The notes under the pieces were generated by a model. The model searched no databases. It was not told the origin of the DNA and saw only the letters and a list, made by a program, of their open reading frames with translations. DNA of 64,000 bases from Gemmatimonadales bacterium (GTDB taxonomy: Bacteria; Gemmatimonadota; Gemmatimonadetes; Gemmatimonadales; GWC2-71-9): positions 4,184 to 68,183 of the forward strand of contig DATGVZ010000101.1 of assembly GCA_035299765.1 (NCBI GenBank), given 5' to 3'. Of the stretch, positions 1 to 15,639 are shown in pieces (position 1 is the first letter of the stretch; each line of letters opens with the position of its first letter). The translations under genes were made by a program, and so were the position numbers.

Positions 1-1
1 T

Positions 2-226
2 ATCGTGCGCGCGCAGGATACGGAGGGACTCGATTCAGTGTGGGTCAGCGTCGACTCAGTGGTGAAAGGCGCCGACGCCGGCCTCCAGCGGTCGTTCAGC
101 TCGGGCTACCGGTTCGTCGTGCCGGCAGGGCACACCCCCGGAAACAGGGTCCCATTATCCTTCCGCGCACGCGATATCAGCGCTTTCGCCATCCAGCGCG
201 ACACCTACGTCGTGGTCGTACCGTAA
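2..226 (+). CDS. hypothetical protein, 3' fragment (5' end lies upstream of the window)
   Basis: The frame is open from the window edge to TAA at 224-226 (track ORF 5..226). I recognise no motif. Confidence 0.35.
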   Translation: MVRAQDTEGLDSVWVSVDSVVKGADAGLQRSFSSGYRFVVPAGHTPGNRVPLSFRARDISAFAIQRDTYVVVVP

Positions 227-248
227 CTTCCGTAACTGGCCTTAACTG

Positions 249-277
249 TTGACAGGACAATGACTTCCGCCTATTTT
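249..277 (+). promoter_or_regulatory. candidate sigma70-type promoter for the DUF721-gyrB unit
   Basis: TTGACA (249-254), 17 nt, TATTTT (272-277), in the only AT-rich patch between the genes. The -10 ends 5 nt before the GTG at 283. Either the transcript is leaderless or the real start is the in-frame GTG at 319. Confidence 0.3.
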
Positions 278-282
278 TAGGG

Positions 283-2560
<2,278 letters not shown>

Positions 2561-2564
2561 GGCG

Positions 2565-3896
2565 TTAGCGCAGCTCTTCGACTCCCGCTCGGGTCACGCG
2601 ATGGGACACGAGCGGGAGTGGCTTGTGGGTGAGCTTGTCGCCGATGACAATCGCCTGTGTTAAAGCATCGAACCCGGCGCGCACGCCATCGGCATCCTTC
2701 GCAAAGACCGACGCGATCGGCTCACCTTCCAGCACCTTGTCACCCGGCTTCACCGTGATGACGAATCCCACCGTGTGGTCGATCGTGTCCTCGACCGTGC
2801 GGCGGCCACCGCCGAGAGCAATAATCGCCCGTCCGATGGTCCGCGGCTCCACGCGCTGCACCACGCCGGTACGCGGTGCGGCGAAGACATCCACCGCCTG
2901 CGCCTGCGGTAAGACAGAAGGATCCTCGAGCACCTTCGGATTCCCGCCCTGGGCTTCGATGATCTGCTCGAACTTCTCGGCGGCGAGCCCTGAGTCGATC
3001 GCCGTCTCGAGTTTCTTGCGAGCTTTCTTCGTGTTCTTCTCGATGCCCGCCTGCAGCAGCATCTCGACGCCGAGCGCGTACGTCACCTCGAGCAGATCGG
3101 TCGGCCCCTCGCCGCGCAGCGCCAAAATCGCCTCTTCGGTCTCGAGGACGTTGCCGCACGCGCGACCCAACGGCCGGTCCATGGCGGTGATGAGCGCGAC
3201 GGTCGGACACCCGCGGTCCTCGCCCAGCGCGATCATCGTCTTCGCGAGCTCCAGTCCGCGGTCCACCTCCGGCAGAAACGCGCCGCTGCCGTTCTTCACG
3301 TCGAGCACCAAGCCGTTCAGCCCTTCGGCCAGCTTCTTCGACATGATGCTCGCCGAGATCAGCGGAATCGATTCGACAGTCGCCGTCACGTCGCGCAGCG
3401 CATACAGCTTGCGATCCGCCGGCGCGATCTCGGCGGTCTGGCCGATGAGCGCGCACCCCAGCTTCTGGACCTGCGCCTTCGCTTCGGCGAGAGAGAGATT
3501 GGTGCGAAAACCGGGAATCGCTTCGAGCTTGTCGAGCGTGCCGCCGGTGTGGCCGAGCCCGCGCCCGGACATCATGGGCACGGCGACGCCGCACGCGGCG
3601 ACCAGCGGGCCGAGCACGAGCGACACCTTGTCGCCGACACCGCCGGTCGAATGCTTGTCGATGCGCGGCGTCGCCCAGCCGTCGAACGAGAGGCGTTGCC
3701 CCGACGCGAGCATCGCGTCCGTCAGCGCCGCCAACTCCTGACGCTCGAGGCCGCGGAGAAACACGGCCATGAGCAGTGCGGCGATCTGATAATCGGGAAT
3801 GCGATCCGCGGTGTATTCGGCGACGAGTGCGGACCATTCCTCGGGACTCAACGCCGCGCCGTCGCGCTTGCGCTCGATCAGGGGTCCCACGATCAT
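2565..3896 (-). CDS. deoA: thymidine / pyrimidine-nucleoside phosphorylase
   Basis: 'DKHSTGGVGDK', 'SGRGLGHTGGTLDKLE', and a C-terminal PYNP domain. ATG at 3896 (residue 83 of track ORF). The product of ~443 aa fits the family. Confidence 0.9.
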   Translation of the reverse strand: MIVGPLIERKRDGAALSPEEWSALVAEYTADRIPDYQIAALLMAVFLRGLERQELAALTDAMLASGQRLSFDGWATPRIDKHSTGGVGDKVSLVLGPLVAACGVAVPMMSGRGLGHTGGTLDKLEAIPGFRTNLSLAEAKAQVQKLGCALIGQTAEIAPADRKLYALRDVTATVESIPLISASIMSKKLAEGLNGLVLDVKNGSGAFLPEVDRGLELAKTMIALGEDRGCPTVALITAMDRPLGRACGNVLETEEAILALRGEGPTDLLEVTYALGVEMLLQAGIEKNTKKARKKLETAIDSGLAAEKFEQIIEAQGGNPKVLEDPSVLPQAQAVDVFAAPRTGVVQRVEPRTIGRAIIALGGGRRTVEDTIDHTVGFVITVKPGDKVLEGEPIASVFAKDADGVRAGFDALTQAIVIGDKLTHKPLPLVSHRVTRAGVEELR

Positions 3897-3902
3897 TGTT
3901 CG

Positions 3903-4684
3903 ATGCGCCTCTCTCTCGTTCTCATTGCGCCGCTCATCTGCGGCAGCCTCACCGCGCAGAGCGTCGCTCAACACGTTGCCGCGGGCGACAGCGCCGGCCT
4001 CATGCATCCCGACGTCCAGCTGCGCCATTACCAGGCGGCCCTCGCCATCGATTCGCTGAGCTATGAGGCGAACTGGAAGGCGGCGCGGGCGATCGCCGAC
4101 GTTGCCAAACAAATACAGGGCAATGACGATTCCCTCAAGCACCGCCGCGATAGTCTTTACGCCGTCGGACGCGTTTATGCCGAGCGCGCGGTTCGCGCCG
4201 ATTCAACGCAGGCCGATGGCCATTACGCGGTCGCGATGGTCCTGGGCCGGCTGTCGCGCACCAAGGGCAGCAAGGAACGGGTGAAGTATGCCAAGATCAT
4301 CTACGACGAAGCCACCCGCGCCGTCCAGATCAAACCCAATCACAACTTCGCGCATCACGTGCTCGGCGCCTGGAATGCCGAGGTGGAGCGACTCTCCGGC
4401 TTCCAACGATTCTTCGCGAAGGCGCTCTTCGGCGGCGGATTCATGTCGAAGGCCAATTGGGACGACGCGGTGGCGCACCTGGAGCGCGCGGTCGCGATCC
4501 GTCCCGATTGGATCTTTCACCGTCTGGAGCTGGCGCAGATTTACACCGACGTCGGCGCGTATTCCAAGGCGCGGGAGCAGCTCATGGCCATTCCCGCGCT
4601 CCCCACTCAGGATGTGCTCGACCCGCAGTACCGGCGCGAGGCCGCCGACTTGCTCGAAAAAATCAAGAACGAGAAAGACCAGAC

Positions 4685-4688
<4 letters not shown>
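3903..4688 (+). CDS. secreted TPR-like / RMD-like helical repeat protein
   Basis: Signal peptide 'MRLSLVLIAPLICGSLTAQS' at an internal ATG of track ORF 3549..4688. The helical-repeat body ends '...RPDWIFHRLELAQIY...'. Confidence 0.6.
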
Positions 4689-7476
<2,788 letters not shown>

Positions 7477-7489
7477 GTTGGCGTGCGAT

Positions 7490-8023
7490 ATGACCTCCTT
7501 CGATCTCGCCATTGGGCGCGGCACACTGCGCCAGCTGCACGCCAGCCTCGCGAATCACGCCCCCGACCAGGCCGTCACGATCCTTCAAGAAGCCGGCTAC
7601 GCGGCGGGCGAGGCGATCTACACGGCGTTTGCGAGCTGGCTGCCTGAGCGCACCGGCGTCGATAGTCCCGGCAACCTCGACGCCGCGCTGCTCGCCGAGA
7701 CGCTGTCGGACTTTTTCACGAGTGGCGGATGGGGGACGGTGACGATGAGCCCGGTGGGGACTGGAGCTCTGGCCATCGACTCGAACGATTGGGCGGAAGC
7801 AGAGCCGAGCAGCGCGCCATCCCCGATGTGTTTTTTCACGGCGGGAATGCTGGCGGATTTTCTGGGACGGCTGTCGGAGGAGACCGTCGCTGTCATGGAA
7901 GTCGAGTGCCGCAGCCGCGGCGATGCGCGCTGCCGCTTTCTGTCAGCGACACCGGAGGTTTTGGAGAAGGTCTACAACGAGATGACGGCGGGGCGAAGCT
8001 ACGCGGAGGCTCTCGGCGGTTAA
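7490..8023 (+). CDS. V4R (4-vinyl reductase-like) domain protein
   Basis: C-terminal 'CFFTAGMLADFLGRL...VMEVECRSRGDARCRF' is the V4R Cys pattern. ATG at 7490 (residue 53 of track ORF). Confidence 0.65.
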   Translation: MTSFDLAIGRGTLRQLHASLANHAPDQAVTILQEAGYAAGEAIYTAFASWLPERTGVDSPGNLDAALLAETLSDFFTSGGWGTVTMSPVGTGALAIDSNDWAEAEPSSAPSPMCFFTAGMLADFLGRLSEETVAVMEVECRSRGDARCRFLSATPEVLEKVYNEMTAGRSYAEALGG

Positions 8024-9375
8024 CGGCGCGCGACGCTAACCCCCTCCAGCAGCAACGACGGCGACCAGCGCGAACCCAACCAGCGCCCGTCCGTCCCCAC
8101 TCCCCCAATGCGTTTGAGCAAATCGTAGGCGTTGCCGGCGACGGCCGCGTCTTTCACCCGGCCGGTCACCTCGCCGCGTTGAACGCGATAGGCGAGGCCA
8201 ACGGGATGACTGAACGCGCCGCTGATCACGTTGCCCTGCCCCACGCCGATCAGATCGTCCACGATCAATCCGTCGTCGATGTCGGCGATTAGACCGCCGC
8301 CCAAGATGGAAGGGGGCGCAGCATACTGCGCCCCTACATGCCTACTATGCGCGCCGTCCCCGATGCGAAACAGAACATTCGTGTACCCGATGTGCGGTTT
8401 GCCGAATATCCCACGTCTGCCGTTGCCGGTGCTCTGGGTCTTCGCGCGCGCGGCGGTCTCGAGGTCGTACACGAACCGTCCGACGGCGCCGCGTTCGACG
8501 AGCCCCGTGGCCCGCGAGGGGACGCACTCGTCGTCGACAGGCCGCGACGCAGGCCGGCCGGGCGTGAGCGGATCGTCGATGATCGACAGCCGCTCATCGA
8601 ACATCACCGCTCCGACTTTGTCGGCGAGCGGTGAGCTTCCCTGAAGCACCGTTTTTCCCGACAGCGCCTGCTCTAACGGCAGCACGACCGCCGCGAGCCC
8701 CGCGGGAGTGAATACGACGGGCAGCGACCCGTCGGGTGGCGTCACGACGGTCAGCGCCGCCGAGAGACGCGTTTCGATCGAGCGGACCAGCGCCTCGAGA
8801 TCGGCGTCAGTCGGCATGTCCGCGCCGACGTACTGATCGTAAACCATCAGCACGTCGTCCCCGGCAATCCGCGTGACGTCCGCCGTCACCGCGATGCCGG
8901 TGCCGCGGTATTCGCCGCGCGCGCCCGCCGTGTTTCCGACCGCCGTTTCGTCGACTTCGCGCTCGACGGAGACGTTGATCTGACAGTCGGGCCGGGCCAA
9001 CCGTTCGACGAGCATGCGCCCCAGCGCGATCAGATCATCGAGTGACGCGTTCGCGGTTCGATCGAAGTACGTGGGAATCGGCGGCAGCGAGGCTGCCCCT
9101 GCTTTCGGAAAGGCCAGATCGACGACTTCCCCGAGCTCGGCCGACGCCCGCGCGCGCTCGAGCAGCGCCTCGGGATCCGGCTGCGCCGCCGTCGTGCCCG
9201 CGACACCCATCCGGCCTTTCGACAGCACGCGGACGTTGAGTCCCGCTTCTTCTGAAATACCGGCTGCCTTGAGTCGTCCCGACTCGAAGGCGACCGCGGT
9301 CTGCTCCTCACGCCGCCACAGGGCGTCCGCGCCGTCGACCCTGCGGCGCGCCGTCTCAAGCAGACGATCGATCAT
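8020..9375 (-). CDS. TldD/PmbA family metallopeptidase (PmbA/TldE-like partner)
   Basis: Family-typical N-terminus ('...AVAFESGRLK....EAGLNVRVL.KGRMGVAGT') and C-terminus ('GNVISGAFSHPVGLAYRVQRGEV'). There is no HExxxH motif. The start overlaps the tldD stop (ATGA). Confidence 0.85.
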   Translation of the reverse strand: MIDRLLETARRRVDGADALWRREEQTAVAFESGRLKAAGISEEAGLNVRVLSKGRMGVAGTTAAQPDPEALLERARASAELGEVVDLAFPKAGAASLPPIPTYFDRTANASLDDLIALGRMLVERLARPDCQINVSVEREVDETAVGNTAGARGEYRGTGIAVTADVTRIAGDDVLMVYDQYVGADMPTDADLEALVRSIETRLSAALTVVTPPDGSLPVVFTPAGLAAVVLPLEQALSGKTVLQGSSPLADKVGAVMFDERLSIIDDPLTPGRPASRPVDDECVPSRATGLVERGAVGRFVYDLETAARAKTQSTGNGRRGIFGKPHIGYTNVLFRIGDGAHSRHVGAQYAAPPSILGGGLIADIDDGLIVDDLIGVGQGNVISGAFSHPVGLAYRVQRGEVTGRVKDAAVAGNAYDLLKRIGGVGTDGRWLGSRWSPSLLLEGVSVARR

Positions 9376-10751
9376 ACGTCGCCGCCGATCAGCGCTTCTT
9401 CAATGCGCACGTGCGGCGCCCCTTCGGTGACCGGCAACGGGAACTGCCCGCCCTTCCCACAACCGCCGCCCATCTGATTCCAGGTGAAGTCGCCGGCGAT
9501 GTGATCGATGCGGTCGAGCGTCTGAAACAGATTTCCCGCGAGCACGACGTCCTTGACGAGCTCGGCCACCTGACCGTCGCGGATCATGTGGCCCCAGCCG
9601 GCCGTGAACGAAAAGTTCTCGAGCATCGTCTGACCGCCGAATGCCCCGCACGCATACACACCGAGCTTGATGTCGCGGATCAGATCGTTGAAGCCGACGC
9701 CCGCCTTTCCGGGCGCGATGTACGTGTTCGTCATGCGCACGATCGGCGGATGGCGGAAGGAAATGGCGCGCGCGTTGCCGGTCGGCCGTTCGCCGAGTTT
9801 CGCCGCCGTCTCGCGGGAGTGGAGGCGCCCGACGAGGGTGCCTTCGCGGATGAGCGGTGTGTCCTGCGTCGGCGTTCCTTCGTCGTCGAACGGGAGTGTC
9901 CCGCGCAGCCCGGCGGCCGCGCCGTTGTCACCCGCGTTCAGGACCGGCTTCCCGAACCGACGGCCCAAGGTCATCATCTCGCGCGCCTGCGGGTTTTCAT
10001 ATACAAAGTCGGCCTCCGACAGATGGCCGAACGCCTCGTGAATGAACACGCCCGCCAGCTCGTTATCGAGAATCACCGGATAGGCGCCGCCACGCACGCG
10101 CGGCGCATCGAGGAGGTCAACCGCCCGCTGTGCGACCACGCGGAAACGCTCCTCGAATCCCTGCACGCTGCGCCAGCCTTTGCGCAGGCCGATCGACTCG
10201 AGCCCCTTCTCGATCGTGCCATTGCGGCGCCCGATCGCGGTGCCGGAGACGACGACCTCGGGTCTCAGCTGATACAGCGCCGCTCCCTCGGAATTGACGT
10301 ACCACACTTCCGAGACTTCATCCCGATAACTCGCCTGCGTGTCGACTATGGACTTCGAGACGGCGAGCATCGCCCCGTTGTAGGCCTCGAGGAGCTTCTT
10401 CTTGTCGCCGAGCGCGATGCCGCGCACGTCGCCGTCGAGGTCGAGCTTGGCGTCGGCAACCACGGGCGTCGTGTCAGCCAGACGAATCGGCTCTTCCATC
10501 CGGACGGCGCGTGACAGCTCGTAGGCGCGGCTGACCATCGCGGGCAGCTCGTCGAGCGACGTGAAGGAGGCGATTCCCCAACCGCATCCCCTGTTCAGCA
10601 CCCGCACAAACCCACCCTGGTCTTCACTGACCGTCGCGGTCTCGAGCCGACGGCCACGGAAGGCGACGGCGGAGCTCCAGGTTCGTTCGACGCGAATTTC
10701 GGTGTAGTCGGCGCGGGACTGCTTCACTGCGGTGGCGAGACGATCTTTCAA
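9372..10751 (-). CDS. tldD: metalloprotease TldD
   Basis: 'FIHEAFGHLSEAD' (HExxxH) and a conserved C-terminal 'GGCGKGGQ'. TTG at 10751 overlaps the upstream TGA (TTGA). The track ORF extension to 10979 runs through the neighbouring gene. Confidence 0.85.
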   Translation of the reverse strand: MKDRLATAVKQSRADYTEIRVERTWSSAVAFRGRRLETATVSEDQGGFVRVLNRGCGWGIASFTSLDELPAMVSRAYELSRAVRMEEPIRLADTTPVVADAKLDLDGDVRGIALGDKKKLLEAYNGAMLAVSKSIVDTQASYRDEVSEVWYVNSEGAALYQLRPEVVVSGTAIGRRNGTIEKGLESIGLRKGWRSVQGFEERFRVVAQRAVDLLDAPRVRGGAYPVILDNELAGVFIHEAFGHLSEADFVYENPQAREMMTLGRRFGKPVLNAGDNGAAAGLRGTLPFDDEGTPTQDTPLIREGTLVGRLHSRETAAKLGERPTGNARAISFRHPPIVRMTNTYIAPGKAGVGFNDLIRDIKLGVYACGAFGGQTMLENFSFTAGWGHMIRDGQVAELVKDVVLAGNLFQTLDRIDHIAGDFTWNQMGGGCGKGGQFPLPVTEGAPHVRIEEALIGGDV

Positions 10752-11269
10752 CGGGGGGGGCCTTCCTTCAGTTTTTCGCGGTAGTCGGGGCGGACGACGA
10801 TTTCGCCATTGACGATGACTTCGAGATCCCACGGAAGAATGATGAAGTTCTCGTTCTCGAGGGCGAAGAAATCGGGGCGGTAGGCACCCGTCTTGAATGA
10901 GACGGCAGTCTTGACCGCAGCGGGCTTCAGGTCGCGAACGGCGGCAAGCACGAGCTTCATCGTGCTGCCGGACTCGCACGTCTCATCGACGATCAGCACG
11001 CGCTTGCCGGTCACGAGGCGCGGCGGCCCCGCGATCACCGCGCCCCCCGGGGTAATGGCGATGGACGCGAAATCACGCTGCAGAATGCTCGCCACGACGG
11101 CACCGGGAATGACGCCTGCTTTGGCGATGCCGATCACCACCTCCGGGTCATACTCCCGGAACACCTTCAAGGCGAGGACGCGGCAGAGCTCACCAAAAAA
11201 CGGCCAATCGACCTGGAGGACACCACGAGGGGTCTTGCTGCGAGAGCGCGAACCGGCGAATTGAGCCAT
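10748..11269 (-). CDS. phosphoribosyltransferase (purine PRT-like)
   Basis: PRPP-binding loop 'RVLIVDETCESGSTM'. The size (173 aa) fits type I PRTases. Confidence 0.8.
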   Translation of the reverse strand: MAQFAGSRSRSKTPRGVLQVDWPFFGELCRVLALKVFREYDPEVVIGIAKAGVIPGAVVASILQRDFASIAITPGGAVIAGPPRLVTGKRVLIVDETCESGSTMKLVLAAVRDLKPAAVKTAVSFKTGAYRPDFFALENENFIILPWDLEVIVNGEIVVRPDYREKLKEGPPR

Positions 11270-11320
11270 CGCGCGGAAGCTACATTGCGAACGTCAGCAG
11301 CCGCAAGCTATTTTCGGCCC

Positions 11321-11788
11321 ATGAGTTTCTGGCGCCGCTTGTTCGGTGGGGGCGGCTCATCCGGCGACGATCTGAAACCACAGCGTCTCGATTATCTCAA
11401 CGAGGCGTTAGCCCTGGAACGTCAGGGTGATTATGACGCGGCGCTGACGTCGTATCGATTGGCGCTGCGCGATCACCCCAACGACGCGCGCATCCTCCAG
11501 AACATGGCGATCGCGTTCACCAAGACGCGCCGCTTCGACGAAGCGATTCGTCACTATCGGCGCGCGCTCGAGCTCGACAGCTCGCTCGCCGGTGCCCACT
11601 ACGGCCTCGCGTTTCTGCTCCTGCAGCGGGGCGACCCCGATGGCGCCGCGCAGCATCTGAAGACGTTCCTCGCGCATCCGCCCAGAGGACCAGACGCGCA
11701 AAAGTGGATCGAGCATGCCAACCAGGCGTTGCAGGATCTCGGGACCGCCTCGTCCGGCGCGCCGGAGGAGAGGACGGGAAGCCGCTGA
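11321..11788 (+). CDS. tetratricopeptide repeat protein
   Basis: Three TPR-like units ('ALALERQGDYDAALTSYRLALRDHPND...', 'FDEAIRHYRRALELD', 'AHYGLAFLLLQRGD'). ATG at residue 21 of the track ORF. Confidence 0.7.
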   Translation: MSFWRRLFGGGGSSGDDLKPQRLDYLNEALALERQGDYDAALTSYRLALRDHPNDARILQNMAIAFTKTRRFDEAIRHYRRALELDSSLAGAHYGLAFLLLQRGDPDGAAQHLKTFLAHPPRGPDAQKWIEHANQALQDLGTASSGAPEERTGSR

Positions 11789-11799
11789 TTCGGACGGTC

Positions 11800-12480
11800 T
11801 TGGTACTCGTGGTCGCAGCGGCTGTGAGTGGGACGGTCCTGGCGTGTTCGAAGATCACCGCCTCCGACCAGGTCGTCGCGTTGGATATCCTGCTCCCCGA
11901 CAGCGGACACATCGAGCTCGGCGACACGCTGCGGCCGCTCGGCCGCGCGCTGAACAGTCGAGGTGATTCCATCGCCGCGCAGATTTTCTGGGCATCGCTC
12001 GACACCGGGACGATCGTCGTGCTGGACAGCACCACGGGCGTGACGGTGGGGAGAGTGGTCGGCAACGGACGCGTGCAGGCGCGAGTCGGCCCGCTGCGCT
12101 CGAATCCGCAAACCGTTGTCGTGGCCGCGCGGCTCGACTCCGTCAGAGCGGCCGGACTGGTCCGCGATACGGTCACCGTGTCAACGCCGGATTCCCTGTC
12201 CGACACCTTGTTCGTACGCGTCTTTGCCGTCGACTCCGAGCCACCAGCCGGCAGGCAAGTCGTCTACGCCGCGACCACCTACCCGGCGAGCGGTCCAACG
12301 GTCAGATTTGTCCGAGGAGGTACCGTCACGACCGACGGAACGGGGCTTGCGTTCGAGCAACTGCGATTGAGTCCTGGAACGCTTCCGGATTCCGTCGTGG
12401 TAACCGCGACGGTGAAGCGGTTCACTGGCACAAACGTTCCGGGTAGCCCCGTGACATTCGTCGTCGAGTTCCGGCCATGA
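11800..12480 (+). CDS. lipoprotein with Ig-like (Big_2-like) beta-rich repeats
   Basis: Lipobox 'GTVLAC|S' after a hydrophobic stretch, then beta-rich repeats. The start is ambiguous: TTG 11800, GTG 11809, or ATG 11704 overlapping the upstream gene. Confidence 0.5.
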   Translation: MVLVVAAAVSGTVLACSKITASDQVVALDILLPDSGHIELGDTLRPLGRALNSRGDSIAAQIFWASLDTGTIVVLDSTTGVTVGRVVGNGRVQARVGPLRSNPQTVVVAARLDSVRAAGLVRDTVTVSTPDSLSDTLFVRVFAVDSEPPAGRQVVYAATTYPASGPTVRFVRGGTVTTDGTGLAFEQLRLSPGTLPDSVVVTATVKRFTGTNVPGSPVTFVVEFRP

Positions 12481-14309
12481 ACAGAGGCACCCTCACCCAG
12501 CTCTTTTTCACGACGATCGACCGGCACGCCGGCCTCCCAGCCGCGTTCCGCTCGAAGGTTGGTGGTACCTGGATAGCGATCACCCATCGGGAGACGCTCG
12601 AACGCGTGGAGGCGATCTCCCTTGGCCTGCGCGAGTTGGGAATCGCGCCCGGCGACAAGGTCGCGATCCTCTCCGAGAATCGTCCGGAATGGGCGCTGGC
12701 TGACTATGCTTGCCTGTGCGCCCGCGCCACCGACGTCCCGATCTATCCCACGCTGCCCGCCAATCAGACCAAATACATCCTCAACGATTCTGAAGCGGTG
12801 GCGGTCTTCTGTTCCACGACGCCGCAGATCGACAAAGTGCTGGAGGTGAAGGCGGGCTTGCCTCGCCTCAAGTACGTGATCGCATTCGAGGGTGCAGCCG
12901 CGGCCCAGCGGCCCGGCATCATAGCGCTGGCGGACGTCGAAGCGAAGGGGCGAGCGGCAAAGGCGACGTATCCCAATTGGAAGCAGGAAGCCCTGTCCGT
13001 CGCTCCCGAAGATCTCGCGACGCTGATCTATACATCGGGGACGACAGGCGACCCCAAGGGCGTGATGCTGTCGCACTCCAACATCTGGTCGAATGTCCAG
13101 GCGTGCCTGCAGATCATCCCGATCGGCGGTGGCGATGAATGTCTCTCGATGCTGCCGCTCTCGCACAGCTATGAGCGCATGGTCGACTACACGCTGTTTC
13201 AGGCGGGCGTGATCATCAATTTCGCGGAGTCGTTCGACACCGTCGCGGCCAACCTTATGGAAGTAAAACCCACCGTCGTCCTGTCCGTGCCACGGCTCTA
13301 CGAGAAGGTCTATGCCCGCGTGCTGGAGAACGCGTTGTCAGGCAGCGCGATCAAGCGGTCGATCTTCATTTGGGCGAAGCGTGCCGGCGAGGAATGGGCG
13401 ACGCTGTCGCTGGCCGGGCTGCCGATTCCTGGAGGTCTCGCGATCAGGAAAAAGATCGCGGACCGCCTTGTCTTCGCCAAGTTGCGCGCGCGCACCGGCG
13501 GCCGGATCCGCTTTTTCGTCTCGGGGGCCGCGCCGCTGTCGGCCGACATCGCGAAGTTCTTCTACAGCGCCGGCCTGCCGATCATCGAGGGCTACGGCCT
13601 GACGGAATCCTCACCGGTGCTCACGCTCAACCCGCTCGACGGCATCAAGCTCGGCACCGTGGGTCGCGCGATCCCGGGCGTGGAGCTCAAGATCGCCGCG
13701 GACGGCGAGATCCTGGCGCGCGGGCCGAACATCATGCAGGGCTACTACAAGCAGCCCGAGGCGACGCGCGAAACGATCGATGGGGACGGGTGGCTGCACA
13801 CCGGAGACATCGGCGAGCTCGATTCAGACGGCTATCTCAAGATCACCGACCGCAAGAAGGAGCTGCTCAAGACCGCCGGCGGGAAATACATCGCGCCGCA
13901 GCCGATCGAGGGCATGGTCAAGCGCAACACGTTCGTCGCCAACGCGGTGCTGTATGGCGACCGCCGCAAGTTCCCGATCATTCTCGTCGTGCCGAACTTC
14001 GATAATCTCGAGCGCTGGGCCGCCGAGCGGGGCCTGAGGTACGGAACCCGCGCGGAGCTGCTGGAGCTCGCGGACGTCCAGGCGAAGATGGAGCGCGAGG
14101 TGATGGGCACGCTGCGCGATCTCGCCAAGTTCGAGACCCCGAAGAAGGTCGTGCTGCTCGAGAACGACTTTACGATCGAGTCGGGTGAGTTGACGCCGAC
14201 GCAGAAGGTCAAGCGACGTGTTATTGAGAAGCGCTACAAAGACCAGATCGATGCGGCGTATGCGTCGGCCGATGCGCTGACCGCGAGCATCGAGAGCCCG
14301 ATCGCCTAG
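12477..14309 (+). CDS. long-chain fatty acid--CoA ligase (AMP-dependent synthetase)
   Basis: AMP-binding motif 'LIYTSGTTGDPKGVMLSH', 'GYGLTESSP', 'WLHTGDIGELD', 'GKYIAPQ'. ATG overlaps the upstream stop (ATGA). Confidence 0.9.
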   Translation: MNRGTLTQLFFTTIDRHAGLPAAFRSKVGGTWIAITHRETLERVEAISLGLRELGIAPGDKVAILSENRPEWALADYACLCARATDVPIYPTLPANQTKYILNDSEAVAVFCSTTPQIDKVLEVKAGLPRLKYVIAFEGAAAAQRPGIIALADVEAKGRAAKATYPNWKQEALSVAPEDLATLIYTSGTTGDPKGVMLSHSNIWSNVQACLQIIPIGGGDECLSMLPLSHSYERMVDYTLFQAGVIINFAESFDTVAANLMEVKPTVVLSVPRLYEKVYARVLENALSGSAIKRSIFIWAKRAGEEWATLSLAGLPIPGGLAIRKKIADRLVFAKLRARTGGRIRFFVSGAAPLSADIAKFFYSAGLPIIEGYGLTESSPVLTLNPLDGIKLGTVGRAIPGVELKIAADGEILARGPNIMQGYYKQPEATRETIDGDGWLHTGDIGELDSDGYLKITDRKKELLKTAGGKYIAPQPIEGMVKRNTFVANAVLYGDRRKFPIILVVPNFDNLERWAAERGLRYGTRAELLELADVQAKMEREVMGTLRDLAKFETPKKVVLLENDFTIESGELTPTQKVKRRVIEKRYKDQIDAAYASADALTASIESPIA

Positions 14310-14935
14310 CGCTTCTCGCCCACCCAGAGCCCGTTTTCCGCCGCCAGCTTGACGAGCCCGATCGGAAGTTCGGGCTCTTCGTTTTCGACGACGAAGCGAC
14401 GGCCGCGGAGAAGCACCCGGTGGGCTTCCACCAGCCACGCCGACGTCGCCAGGTCGGCGCCGACGACGACGCCACGCGCGACCGCCGTGCGCAGCGGGAT
14501 CTTCTCGTTGGCGTACAGGAGCGACAGCATCGGTTGCTCGTCCATCTCGAGCGGCCCATTGATGCCGACGAAGTGAATCCCCTCCATCAGGCTGCTGAGC
14601 CGGGGCGCTTGTCGTACCGCGGAGCCCACCAGGACGACGTAGCCGCCAGGTCCGGCGAGCTGGAGCAGCGCCTGGAGATCGGTCGCGTCGGCAGAAGGCA
14701 ACGGCGAGGGCGGCGCGTACGCGGGGCGTGGGCCGGACGATTCCTTCGACACCCGCTCTCTGCTACGGCGGAAGTTCACAATGCCGCGCGAGATCGGATA
14801 TTCCTTGTGACACACCGGGCAGCCGACCAGCCCGGTGCGCACCATACGGTCCCGCACTTCGCCGGTGGAGAGCACGAGCATTTCCTCGCGGTGCGCCTCG
14901 GGGCAACGCAGCATCTCCGTCAACTCGATATGCAT
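14306..14935 (-). CDS. Trm112-like zinc-ribbon protein with degenerate methyltransferase-like C-domain
   Basis: N-terminal 'LRCPE...GCPVCHKEYPISRGIVNF' resembles Trm112/DUF343. The start overlaps the SDR stop by 1 nt (TGATG). Confidence 0.45.
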   Translation of the reverse strand: MHIELTEMLRCPEAHREEMLVLSTGEVRDRMVRTGLVGCPVCHKEYPISRGIVNFRRSRERVSKESSGPRPAYAPPSPLPSADATDLQALLQLAGPGGYVVLVGSAVRQAPRLSSLMEGIHFVGINGPLEMDEQPMLSLLYANEKIPLRTAVARGVVVGADLATSAWLVEAHRVLLRGRRFVVENEEPELPIGLVKLAAENGLWVGEKR

Positions 14936-15639
14936 CAGCCTCTCGGCGAATAGATCGTCGGCAGCAGCCGAATCTCCGTAACGGCCAGGTGCTCGGGCTG
15001 CGTGACGGCGTACACGACCGCTGCGGCGACGTCTTCGGCCCGCATCATGTTCTTGCGCTTCGTGAATCCCGGCTTCGAGTCGGGATCGACCGCATCCCAG
15101 ATGTCGGTATCCACGGGCCCGGGCGAAACGAGCGTGGTGCGGACGCCGCTCTTCGCCGTCTCCTGCCGGATCACCTCATGCATCCCCCGCAGCCCGAATT
15201 TGGTCGCGGCGTACGCGGTGGAGCCGGAGAAGCCGATGTAATCGGAGATCGAGCCGATGGTGACGAGGTGCCCGCTGCCGCGCGCTACCATCTTGGGCAC
15301 GATGGCGTGCGCCAGCAGAAATGGTCCGGTGAGATTGGTCGCAAGCGCGGCCGTAAAATCGGCGTAGGTGGTCTCCGCCAGCGATTTGATGAAGAAGATC
15401 CCGGCGTTGTTCACGAGCACGTCGGGCACGCCAAGGTCTGTGAAGACCCGATCGAGCGCGCGATCAACGTCGGCTGGTTTCGCGACGTCGCACGGGATGT
15501 CGGTGCGCCGTTCCGCCGATTGGTCCTTGAGGGTCCGCGCGAGACGCACCACATGCATTCCCGAGGGGAGGGCCCGCAGGGCGTCGGCGACCGCGAGCCC
15601 AATCCCTCGCGATGCGCCGGTCACGAGCGCGATTTTCAC
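14935..15639 (-). CDS. SDR family oxidoreductase (candidate sepiapterin/pterin reductase by context)
   Basis: '[11 protein letters not shown]' cofactor motif and 'YAATK' catalytic motif. GTG at 15639 overlaps the folE stop (GTGA). Confidence 0.85.
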   Translation of the reverse strand: MKIALVTGASRGIGLAVADALRALPSGMHVVRLARTLKDQSAERRTDIPCDVAKPADVDRALDRVFTDLGVPDVLVNNAGIFFIKSLAETTYADFTAALATNLTGPFLLAHAIVPKMVARGSGHLVTIGSISDYIGFSGSTAYAATKFGLRGMHEVIRQETAKSGVRTTLVSPGPVDTDIWDAVDPDSKPGFTKRKNMMRAEDVAAAVVYAVTQPEHLAVTEIRLLPTIYSPRG